53,856 nt of DNA from the IMG/VR virus record IMGVR_UViG_3300020119_000151, positions 1-53,856 of that record; one strand, given 5' to 3'. The position numbers and the translations under genes were made by a program. The notes beneath the pieces were generated by a model. That model did not search any database. It was given only the letters and a program-made list of their open reading frames with translations, and was not told where the DNA came from. Source of the stretch: a virus. Its lineage: Duplodnaviria > Caudoviricetes. Below are positions 1-10,100 of this stretch, in pieces (the stretch's first letter is position 1; each line of letters starts with the position of its first letter).

Positions 1-127
1 CCAGGGTAATGTTGACATCAAGGTTTATTACCGACCTGATTTTTACTCCTGTTGGACGCTTTGGGGAAATCCGAAAGTCTGCCAGTCATCGGACGCCGGC
101 AATTCAAAGCCGGGATACCGGATGCGG
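1..127. repeat. Terminal overlap, left copy (circular assembly overlap)
   Basis: 1-127 is identical to 53730-53856; 127 is a common assembler k-mer length. Confidence 0.97.
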
Positions 128-1147
128 GTCGGTTTAGGTCAACCGAGCGCCGACGCCTGCGAGATTGGAAATAACCGCCCGTTGCGAAACGGATATTTCT
201 TCCAGTTCCGAATCGTCATCTCCGGCCAGTGTGTTTTCAAGGGGATGCGCGTCAAAGCCATCACCATCACCCAGCCTGAATTCGCGCGGATTATCTGTGA
301 CACTGAAAGTTGCCAGGTCATCGACTGTGACCTGCCCGACCCCTACGACCTTTACAACCTTCAGGGGACTCCGCCGGTTGTCCAGCCGCCGGATAACACC
401 CCGCAGCCGTTCACCAATCAAACAACAGTTCTGGCGAATTACTGCGCCAATGGGAAGCCTTACTTTTTCGGCACAAACCTGCCGCCATGGGTAACAGTCG
501 ATTCGGCGAACAACCAGATCATCGGGGCCGCGGGCATGTTCCGTGGGGAAACCCAGGATGCGGCGAATGCGGCCGGCGTTGCTGGCCTACAAGCCATTGT
601 TCCATCGCTCAACATCGTGTGCGGTTTCTATAATACGGCTCAAACCGTCACCTGTGCCGACACGACTACGCAGACCGTTGACGCGGGCGTTTTCTTCTCG
701 ACGATTTCACAAGCCGACGCCAACAACAAGGCAATCGCACTGGCACAAGTTCAATGCGCGAATCCGGCTTGTGATGGAACGGATACGACCCTGTACAAAA
801 TCGAGGGCTATTACGACGGCCTTTTCTCCGGCGGCGGCGACAATCCCCAACCCGGAGACGTGCCTTGGGATGGAACATTTAAATTCAAGGATTCATCGTG
901 CGTATGGATTGCCTGCAATCCCTATGCAGCCGGAACAGTTCTCATTCAAGGAAAGCGGGCATGTATCAGGCTGGTCTTTCATACTGGACCGAATTTCTGG
1001 TACATATCGGTTTGTGCTAACATCGGCGGAGGATGCTATGAGGTCTATTCCTGTCAGAAAAACAAAGGTTCATCGCCTGCCGGTGTGTACACCCGAGCCA
1101 GTGGCAGCTTGACACCCCTCACGGTCACGGTGGTTCCAATAACGTGA
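1..1147 (+). CDS. 3' part of the origin-spanning tail protein starting at 51283; C-terminus has DUF5977-like repeats
   Basis: ATGCGG at 122 equals ATGCGG at 53851, in frame with GTG 51283; motif FYNTAQTVTC..VDAGVFFSTISQADANNKAIALAQ. Confidence 0.85.
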   Translation, partial: QGNVDIKVYYRPDFYSCWTLWGNPKVCQSSDAGNSKPGYRMRVGLGQPSADACEIGNNRPLRNGYFFQFRIVISGQCVFKGMRVKAITITQPEFARIICDTESCQVIDCDLPDPYDLYNLQGTPPVVQPPDNTPQPFTNQTTVLANYCANGKPYFFGTNLPPWVTVDSANNQIIGAAGMFRGETQDAANAAGVAGLQAIVPSLNIVCGFYNTAQTVTCADTTTQTVDAGVFFSTISQADANNKAIALAQVQCANPACDGTDTTLYKIEGYYDGLFSGGGDNPQPGDVPWDGTFKFKDSSCVWIACNPYAAGTVLIQGKRACIRLVFHTGPNFWYISVCANIGGGCYEVYSCQKNKGSSPAGVYTRASGSLTPLTVTVVPIT

Positions 1148-1191
1148 AAACCATTGCGAAAACCTGAATTTCGAGCGATAAAGAGACAGTC

Positions 1192-2220
1192 ATGTATAAG
1201 TACACCCTCAACGATGCGATGAACGCCCCCGAGCTAAAGGCTGTCGCTGGGGTTTGCTCCGGTTCAAAGGATTTCATCAGCCTGGTGAATCAGGCACAGC
1301 GGCGCCTGTTGAAAAGGGGCGATTGGTTCGATACTGAATTCACGCTTCGTCTCTGCGTTTCGGGTTGCAATATCGCCTGGCCTTCTTTTGTGGGGGCAAT
1401 TCGCGCGCTGAAATTTGGAGGATGTTTCAACCAGCAGGCGAGCATTTTCAATCAGTGGTATTCCTTCATCAACCCGATAGCTGGCTATTGGGGTGGCGGC
1501 GGAAACGGATGGGGAGCAAACTGGCCTTCATCGAATCCGGTCATCCAAGACATAAACATGGCGCCGGTTTTCAACGATGTGACCGGAACAACCGGCAAGC
1601 TCATCCGGTATTACGTTGTCAATTACGAGGACGTCGGCAAGACCATCACGATCAACGGCACGGTGTACGGCGGTCAACCGCTTCAGGAACTTTCCGGAGG
1701 TGTGACCGTCAACGGCGTGACCCTCACAGCCGCCGCGCCGTATGCCTCAACTTCGGCGTTGGTCACCCGCATCGACGCCATCAACCGGCAGGCAACGACG
1801 GGGCTCGCCTACCTGTATGAGTATGACCCGGTGGCGAACACGCTCCGCGACCTGGCGGTTTTTCAGCCGGCGGAAACCAACCCCCGATTTCGGCGTTCAA
1901 AAATTCTCAACAAGCCAATCAGCCTGAACCCGCCCGACCCGAACGGCATTTGCTGGACGAATATCGATGCCTTGGTGAAGATTGAATTCATCCCCGTCGT
2001 CAGCGTCAGGGATTACCTGATGATAGATGACTTCGACGCTCTGAAGTTCATGTTCCAGGCGATCAATGCGGAAGAAGCGCGTGATTACACGTCTTCGGAG
2101 ACGAACATCACCCAGGCGATACGCGAGTTGAATTTTGGATTGAGGAACAAGAATTCTGACGGTCAAACATCGGTGTTCGTGAACGCTTTGAGCGGGCGCG
2201 GAATCGTCAACCCTTATTGA
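1192..2220 (+). CDS. Putative head-tail adaptor / tail tubular protein
   Basis: 342 aa; helical N-terminus (DFISLVNQAQRRLL) and C-terminus as in adaptors; next to tail gene. Confidence 0.5.
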   Translation: MYKYTLNDAMNAPELKAVAGVCSGSKDFISLVNQAQRRLLKRGDWFDTEFTLRLCVSGCNIAWPSFVGAIRALKFGGCFNQQASIFNQWYSFINPIAGYWGGGGNGWGANWPSSNPVIQDINMAPVFNDVTGTTGKLIRYYVVNYEDVGKTITINGTVYGGQPLQELSGGVTVNGVTLTAAAPYASTSALVTRIDAINRQATTGLAYLYEYDPVANTLRDLAVFQPAETNPRFRRSKILNKPISLNPPDPNGICWTNIDALVKIEFIPVVSVRDYLMIDDFDALKFMFQAINAEEARDYTSSETNITQAIRELNFGLRNKNSDGQTSVFVNALSGRGIVNPY

Positions 2221-2223
2221 TTT

Positions 2224-2739
2224 ATGGCAATGACAAAAAGTTTTACGACGACGCCGACGACCAACGCGACGGCGACGAACCAGAATTTTCTGGAATCCGT
2301 CCTGCCCGGCATCGGCAATCTCACCAGCAGCGCAACGGGCGTGATTGGCAACCTGTTGAATGGCCTGCCATCGGTATCTCAGGCGCGTACCAGCAATGCG
2401 TATTTCGGAGTCGGCGCCGGCCAACCCGCAACCGGCGGAGTCGGCACATTTACCGCAAACCGTGGCGCCGACCTGTACGGACAGCAGGCGAACCAGAACC
2501 GGCAGACCGGCCTGAGCGACCTGCTATCGACCCTTGGCAGCTATTCATCCCCGATCTTGTCGAATCAGGGACAGCAGTTGCAGAACACGCAATTCAATTC
2601 CCAGCTTGGACAGCAGGCGAGCGAGTTTAACCAGAATTACGAATTGCAGAAATTTCAGGCGATGCTGCAAGCCCTTGGCTTGGGCAACCAGATCACCGGC
2701 ACGAACACCGGGAACATTCCATTGAACACAATCGCATAA
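2224..2739 (+). CDS. Putative internal virion/ejection protein (G/N/Q-rich)
   Basis: Low-complexity composition; position upstream of the giant virion gene. Confidence 0.5.
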   Translation: MAMTKSFTTTPTTNATATNQNFLESVLPGIGNLTSSATGVIGNLLNGLPSVSQARTSNAYFGVGAGQPATGGVGTFTANRGADLYGQQANQNRQTGLSDLLSTLGSYSSPILSNQGQQLQNTQFNSQLGQQASEFNQNYELQKFQAMLQALGLGNQITGTNTGNIPLNTIA

Positions 2740-2751
2740 CCCACCACCATT

Positions 2752-3219
2752 ATGGACTTTTCCTCAATGCTTCAATTTCTGCAAGGTTTGCTTGGCAACA
2801 AGCAACAGCAGAACGCATCACAGTTCGGCCAAAACCTTGGCTTGCAGAATCAGGAACTCACCCAGCAGGGTCAGCAGTTCGACAAGAACCTCGCCTTCCA
2901 GCAACAGCAGCTTGGACAGCAGGGCAACGAATTCAGCCAGAACCTTGCGCTTCAAAAGCAGATTCAGGACGAGGCAAACGCGCTCGCCCAGGGCAATTTT
3001 GGTTTGACGAAGCAGGGTCAGCAATGGCAGGAAGGTTTTCAGGACCGGATGAACGTAACGCCGGGAAGCCCGCTGTGGTTCCAGATGCAGGATGCCCTGA
3101 GAGCCCCAGCCGCACCTTCAGGGCCGTATGCCGACCCCAACAAACCCGGCGGCGCAAACAATCCGTTCAACAAGGTGACCTTCACCCCCGCTTCGGCGGC
3201 GTGGAGAAGCATTTTTTAA
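2752..3219 (+). CDS. Q-rich putative internal virion protein
   Basis: Repeated QQGxxFxxNLxxQ units. Confidence 0.5.
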   Translation: MDFSSMLQFLQGLLGNKQQQNASQFGQNLGLQNQELTQQGQQFDKNLAFQQQQLGQQGNEFSQNLALQKQIQDEANALAQGNFGLTKQGQQWQEGFQDRMNVTPGSPLWFQMQDALRAPAAPSGPYADPNKPGGANNPFNKVTFTPASAAWRSIF

Positions 3220-3220
3220 G

Positions 3221-4144
3221 ATGGACGAAGCAACGCAATATCTGAACGAGTGGCAGCAAGCGCAGGACCGTTATCGGGCCGGCGTCAATGCCGGTTACTC
3301 GGACGCGGACGCGCAACAGTTGTACCTCGCGCCCGTGCAAGCGAAATGGGACGTTCTGAAGTCGGTTCCGCCGGCATTGAAAACAAAAGCCGCGACTGAT
3401 CTGGATACGGCACACATCAACTTTTTGAAGGGCGTTCAGGCGGGCTATCAACCCGGGCAGGCCGCAGACCTCTATTTGAAACCCGCCCTGGCCGAATGGC
3501 AGGGCGCGGCCAACCTGCCCCAGCGCCAGCTTCCCAAGACTTTGGAACAAAGAACCGAGTGGTACGCTCAAAATCCGGCGATGCAACAGGAGGAATCCGA
3601 GGCCCAGCAGCAAATCGCGGAGGGCGTTCCGATCAAGGATGCCATCGAGGGACACCCGATGCTTTTGAAAGCGCCTGGCTTTTCCCAAGTGTGGCGTCCC
3701 ATGTATGAATCCGCCGTTCGCCGCGGTGAAACCGCACAGGCGAAAACGGAACAGGAAAACAGCCCTGAAGGACTGGCGCGGCAGATGTTTCAAATCGCCG
3801 CCGGACGCAAGAATTTCGCCGCTGATTCGCCGGCACAGGCGTTTTTCACCCAGCGCCTTGGTGAGCTTGAAAATCAGGCGACCAATGGGCCGGCGGCAAC
3901 CGCGCCGAACGTCGTTCCCGTGCCGTCGCAGAGATATGCTCCGAAACCGCCAGATGAAGGCCCAACGCCCGAAGAACTGGTTCAGGAGCAACATCCCGAC
4001 TGGACACCCGCACAGGTTAAGCTAGGGGTTTCCGGTAGATTGGGAGGGGCAATCACCCTACCCGAAGTAGGGGAAGTTCGTAAGGGATACCGCTACAATG
4101 GCGGCAACCCTGCCCTTAAATCTAATTGGGAAAAAGTCGAATGA
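3221..4144 (+). CDS. Putative ejection/DNA-transfer protein
   Basis: C-terminal PEVGEVRKGYRYNGGNPALKSNWEKV resembles a motif recalled from podophage internal proteins; ATGA overlap with next gene. Confidence 0.55.
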   Translation: MDEATQYLNEWQQAQDRYRAGVNAGYSDADAQQLYLAPVQAKWDVLKSVPPALKTKAATDLDTAHINFLKGVQAGYQPGQAADLYLKPALAEWQGAANLPQRQLPKTLEQRTEWYAQNPAMQQEESEAQQQIAEGVPIKDAIEGHPMLLKAPGFSQVWRPMYESAVRRGETAQAKTEQENSPEGLARQMFQIAAGRKNFAADSPAQAFFTQRLGELENQATNGPAATAPNVVPVPSQRYAPKPPDEGPTPEELVQEQHPDWTPAQVKLGVSGRLGGAITLPEVGEVRKGYRYNGGNPALKSNWEKVE

Positions 4145-7100
4145 GCGAACCTTGGGAAGATTTTCAACAAGGCGCGACGGTGGCAGACGCGCCATCTTCG
4201 GATACTCCACCGTGGGAAGATTTCAAGCCCGCCGTCCTCTCAGACCAAGCCAAGGCTGATTTGGTTGAAACGGCCAAGAAGAACGCCCAGCGGCAGGCCG
4301 CGCTGGGTCAGCCGTTTGCCGAGGTTCAGCCCGGCGGAGACGTGCAGCAACGCGCTCCCGACAACAACGCCGAAGCCAACCGTCAGGAATTCGCCAGCCT
4401 TCCGGGCCGGCTATCCAATGCGGCTGAAGAAGTCGGCGCGGAGATCCTGAACTATCCCGCCGAACTGTGGCGGGCTGATACCGGCAAACCCATGCAGTTT
4501 GTCGTCAAAAAGGACGAGAACGGCAAGGACCAGCTTACGACCGAGGAAAAGCCGCTTCCGTTCCAGCCTGGCATTTCCAAGTTTGAAAACTTCCAGATGG
4601 CGAATGAGGACATCGATCCGGTCAATTCGCTCATGGGCAAACTCGTCCGCGGCGCAGGGACGCCGGGGATGCTTTTGACGTTGCCCGCCGGAGAAGCAGA
4701 CCTTGTGAAAGGCTACTTTCTAACGCAAACCGTTCCTGGCGTCGTCGAGGGGGCGCAAGGCGCTTTGGACACCAGCAAAAGCACGAAGGAGCGCGTTGAA
4801 TCCGGCCTGTCGGGTACGGTGAACGGCCTTTTCTCATACCTGTTGGGGTTGAAGGCCGCAAAAACGCCGCCTGAGAAACTGGCGAGCGAGTTGAACGCTA
4901 CCACCCCTTTGCAGCGGGAAACGCCTGAAGGAGCCCAGCCGTCGCCAATCGTTCAAAAGGTGAATCAAAATCCTTGGGACGATTTTAAGCAGCCGGAGAC
5001 GCCGCCCGCGTTTGTAGGTGAGAAGCTTCCCGCCGGAATGGAAATCCAGCCCGTTGAAACGAAACCGGCTGAAAGTGAAACGAAACCGCCTGTTTCTGAA
5101 ACGGGCGAGCCATTAACTTTACAGCAAATTGCTGATAACCAAAAAGAGCAACACAACAAAACCGTCGCCATAATTCAAAAATTGCGCCCCGGCCTTGATG
5201 TCCAATCTGGGGGGCCAATGGGGGGTATTGAAATGTCTCCCAACGGAAAAGTATTGCGGGTTGGGCCGGAACTTCTTCAAAACGTGCAGGAAATGTATCC
5301 CGGAAGGGAGGAGGAAATAATTAGCCGATTGCTTGACGAGGAGGATATACACCGAAATCAATTCGACGAGCTAGGGGAAGGATTTCAGAAAAAACTTAGT
5401 GACTTGTGGAATGATGCGCCACAAGAAATAAAAAATCTGGTCAAAAGTATTTATTCAACAGACCCAGGAATGGAGGCGCATCATTGGGGCGCAGAATTGT
5501 TGCGAATGGGGCAACAGGCAAAAAACGGAGACTTAACCGAAACCGTCCATCCGACGCGCGGAGATACCGCAGCTAATGGGATTTCCAAGTTAAAAGATTG
5601 GGCGGAAAATCAAACGGGAGACATTGGAAAAGTATTGGGCAATAAGTCCCCAATCGAATCGCTGGGTGAAGGCATCGACTTTGCCACCATCCAAAAGCCG
5701 CATTTGGTCGGCGTCGAGGCAGGACTGAAGCTCACCCCTGAAGATGTTCCAGCGCTCCAAGCCTTGCAGAAGCAATCAGTCGGTGAAATGACCGCCGCCG
5801 CGCAGACCGGCGACAACGCGGCCTTTCAAACCCTGATGGGTAAAAACTCGTTTATCGGCGGCGCAATCGAGGGCGCAAGGCGTAAGGGTCCGAATTACGA
5901 TGTTTATCAATCCCTGAAATCTTCCCCGCCACCGGAATCACCAATTCCAGCGCCGGCAGTTCCGACAGCCGAACCAGCGGCGCAAACTCCCGTTCCGGCG
6001 GCGGGTGAAGTTCCGTCTGGATTCAAAGCTCCGCCCATGCCGGAAACATTCAATTCGGCAGAAGATGTTTTGAAGTATCGGCAGGCATATAAAGACGCCG
6101 AAATCGAGTTTTACAAGTCGCTTGGATTGACTGATGCCGAAGCAAACAAGTTTTTCCGCGCTGGAGACAGCCGAAGCAGCTTGGATGTGTCTAAAATTGA
6201 AGAAAAACTGACGCCTGAAAATCAGGCGCGACTGGATAGTTTTTCGCGTGGCGACGGTGGAGCGGTTTACCAATGGGACAGGCAATACAATCCCGAAGAA
6301 TTGGTTGACGAAACCAGCAAGTCAGATCTTGCCAGAAGCCTTGTCCAAAACATAGCCCGCGAATCTGCCCCGGCTGATTTTGGGGATAAGCTGCTTCATG
6401 GCGTCATCGCCTTACGAAACCTGAAAGCAAACGGGGGAACTTGGAGCGATGTTGCACGTGAGTTGGATTCATTCACTACACGTAATTCAGGTTCTCAAGG
6501 TGACAAGGCTGAATACTTTAAAAACCTTGGATTACAGTTAAGAGAATTTGCCGCCCGTCAGGGCATTGAATTGCCACAGGGGGATATGGGCGGAAAAATA
6601 CCCGATGTCCTGACGCACGGCGACGAGGTTCATGCCACCATGCCGGACGGCACGGAAGTCCAAGGCCACGTCATCGGCGCGGACAAAGAGGGCAACTCCG
6701 TCATCATCCAAAAGACCGGCGAAACGGTCACATTGCCAGAAAAACTAACGGAGGAAAAATCCCATGCCAATCCAAAGTCAAAAACAGTGGAAGTTCTTCG
6801 CAATCCACCACCCGGACCTGTTGAAGAAGTGGCAGGCGGAAAGCCCAGTGAGATTCAGCAGCCTGCCCCAGCACGTACCGCCGAAAGTGCGGGATTACCG
6901 ACCCAAAAAACTGCCGGTGTTCCTCAAGCCGGTTCCGGCGACGTAGCGCCAGAAGTTGAGTTTGTTGATTCGACAGGTTTGACTTCAATGCAGAAGGGCA
7001 AGCTAAAGAAAACCCTGTCCACCACGGTTTCAAAGCGAAACAGCCAAAAGACCTACACCGGCAGCAGGGCTAAAGTTGTCTCTGAAATGGTGAACGATGG

Positions 7101-10100
7101 GTACGAGCCAAAAACCGAACAAGTCAACGCCGTCCCAGATTTGAGCCGGAGACAATTTAATAACATGGACGGTCGGCAGCAGGAGGCGTTTGCAAAGCGT
7201 CAAGCCGAGGCTGGGAAGAAAACTGAATATCGGCTTGAGCATCCAAGCGGATCATTTTTTGATGTCACCAAGGCGGAACACGATTACGCAAAATGGCTAT
7301 CCGAAAGGAATCAAAAACCCGTCGAAACCCCGGTTCAGGCGACGGCGAAGGTTGCGGAGCATATTGCTGAAGTGAAGCAGGCCGAAGGCGCACGTCCCGC
7401 GAAGGAAATCAAAAACGAGTTGGTTGACCATCTGGAAAAGGCGGTTGAGGACGCCAAAGATGAGGATGAATACCTGAAATTGGAAACGGTCAAAGTTCAA
7501 ACCGGAACCCGAGCCAACGCTGCTTTGATGATGGAAGACAAGCCGCTTTCCGAAGTCAAAAACTTAACTAACGCCAATGGTGTTAGGTTTTTCAGCCAGC
7601 ACATTCAACGCGCTTTGGAAAAACATGCTCCGAAAATCGAAATAAACATTCCCGGCGATGGAGACTTCAAGATTTTCAACACCAAGCAGGCGTTGACCAG
7701 TGTTTTGGAACGTGCCAAGAAGATTCAGACAAGTTCAACTGAACCTGTTGCAATAAGCCGTTCTGGAACCTCCAAAGCAGACCGCGAATGGATTCAAAAA
7801 CAGCTTGAAAAACAGCCAGTCGAACCGCCCCCCGCGCAGCCCGCTGAAAAACTGGTCGGCATGGGCGCGGCCATCCCTGAAGAATTCAAGCAGGGCCAGC
7901 AATCGCCGACGAGTATCAAGAACGCCACCGTCGAAAACGAACGGGCCGCACGGGGATTGCCGCCGGCCATCCAACCCGCCAAGCGCGGATTTGGCCGCGT
8001 GTGGGATGAAGCCATGGCCGCGATTGACCAAGACCCGGCAATTCAAGACCGGCTGATTGACGAACTCCGCGCCAAACCCCGCGCATTGACTGATTTTGAA
8101 GATGCGTTGCTGCTCCATCGCCAGATCGAACTGCAAAACCAGTACGGCAAATTGACGCAGGAAATGGCCCAAGCGTTCGACGACTCCAAGGAGTTTCCTA
8201 ACCGGCTGGCTGACGTGGAGGAATTGAAGCCGCGCATTGCCAACGTCAAAGACCAGCTTTTCGACCTGTACGAAATCAACAAGCATGTCGGCACGGAAAC
8301 CGGACGCGGCCTGAACGCCCGCAAGATGCTGGCGTATGAGGATTATACCTTGGCGAAGATGGAACTGGACGCCCGCGCAGCCAATGGTGGACGACCGTTG
8401 ACTGAGGAAGAATCCGCGCAAGTAAAAGCGCTGCACGACAAGATTGAAAAACTTCGCAAGGAATATGATACCTACACCGCGCAAGCGCAGGCGCGAATCT
8501 CCGCGTTGGAAGCGGAAAAGGCCCTGAACGAAATCAAACAGGAGCCGCCGGTTGAGCCGCATGTCCGCATCATCGCCGACAAGGTGAAGAAGTATTTTGA
8601 TGGCCGCGCCATGGCCGCACAAAAGCGGTTATCGGGCAAAACCTTCTCGTTCGAGGCGGCATTGCCCGACCTGATTGATTTGGGAGTTTCAACCATCCTG
8701 TCCGGCGCGGCTGATTTCACCATCTGGTCATCCAAGATGCTGCAGAAGCTGGACAAGAGCATTGAGCCGTATCTGAAAACGCTTTGGGACAAGTCGCAAA
8801 ATGCGCTGGATGACCATCTTCAAAAAGGGATGGCTCCGCAAAATGTCCCGAAGGTGAAACGCGCCCTGAAAAACGTCCCCGCCGCCACCGCAAAAGAGCA
8901 GATTGTTGCCAAGCTCCGCAAGCGCATCGAGGCCGGAAAAAAGGATGAAATCACCGGATATGTTCTCAAGCTGGCGCGATTGCTGGTGTCCGAAGGCATC
9001 AAAGACCGCGATGTTCTGATTGATACCATCCACGAACACCTGAAGGAAATCGACCCGACTATCACCCGGCGCGAGACGATGGACGCCATTTCAGGCTATG
9101 GCGATTTCAAGCCGCTTTCCAAGGATGCCGTCTCAAAAGAGTTGCGCGACTTGAAAGGGCAAATGCAACAGGTTGCCAAGTTGGAGGACATGCAAGCCGG
9201 ACAGCCGCCGCTGAAAACCGGCATTGAACGGCGCATTCCGTCGAAGGAAGAAAGCCGGCTGATAAAGCTGGTGAACGAGGCGAAGCAGAAATTTCAGATC
9301 CCCATCACCGACCCGAACACGCAGCTTAAATCCGCCTTGGACACGCTCAAGACCCGGATGCAGACGCGCATCGAGGAGCTTCAGCAGAAAATCAAAGATA
9401 ACGACTTTTTGCCGCGTCCGAAGCGTGAACCTCTGAAGCTCGACACCGAAGCCTTACGCATCAAGGCCAATTTTGAGCGAGCCAAATTGGAATTTGAGCG
9501 GGCATTGCAGGATTACCGGCTGAAAAACCGTAAATGGTGGGAAAAGTCGGCGGATACGCTGGTAAAATGGCGGCGCGGCTTCCTGCTTTCGTCACCTGTC
9601 ACCCTGGCTAAGTTGACCAGTGCAGCGATTCAACGGCTGGCAATCACTCCCCTTGAGGAAGCGGTTGGCGCTGGCATCGGCAAGGCAATCCCACAAGTCG
9701 CGGCCAAAGCCCCCCGCGAAGGCGGGTTGAACACTAAAGCTGAAGCCAGAGCGTTGACGAGTGTTTTTAAACAAGGCATGAAGGACGCGGCCGAAACCAT
9801 CAGGACCGGCACAAGCCCGCTGGACGTGCTTTACGGGCAGGGCCGCGAGGGGTATGTCCGCGAAAGCATGAGTTTACCCCGTTCGGTCATCGACTTTTTT
9901 GGCAATCTTCACGCCATGCTGAAGGCTCCGGTGAAGCGGGCAGAGTTTGAACGCGCCTACGAGAAGCGCACGGAGCAAGCCATCCGTGAAGGCATAGACG
10001 TGACTGACCCCATGGTTCAAACCCGCATTGCGGTGGATTCTTACAAAGACGCCAATCGCTCAATTTTCCTGCAAGACAACTATCTTGCCACGAAGGTTAA

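Noticed and set aside
1-127. Biological terminal direct repeat
   Set aside because: Its length matches an assembler k-mer and it falls mid-gene, so it is best read as a circular overlap
122-1147. Independent 341-aa gene
   Set aside because: It is the in-frame continuation of the ORF starting at 51283
2752-3020. CRISPR-like or other DNA repeat array
   Set aside because: The repeats are degenerate coding Q-rich units with no spacers; no CRISPR array or cas gene was seen in the window
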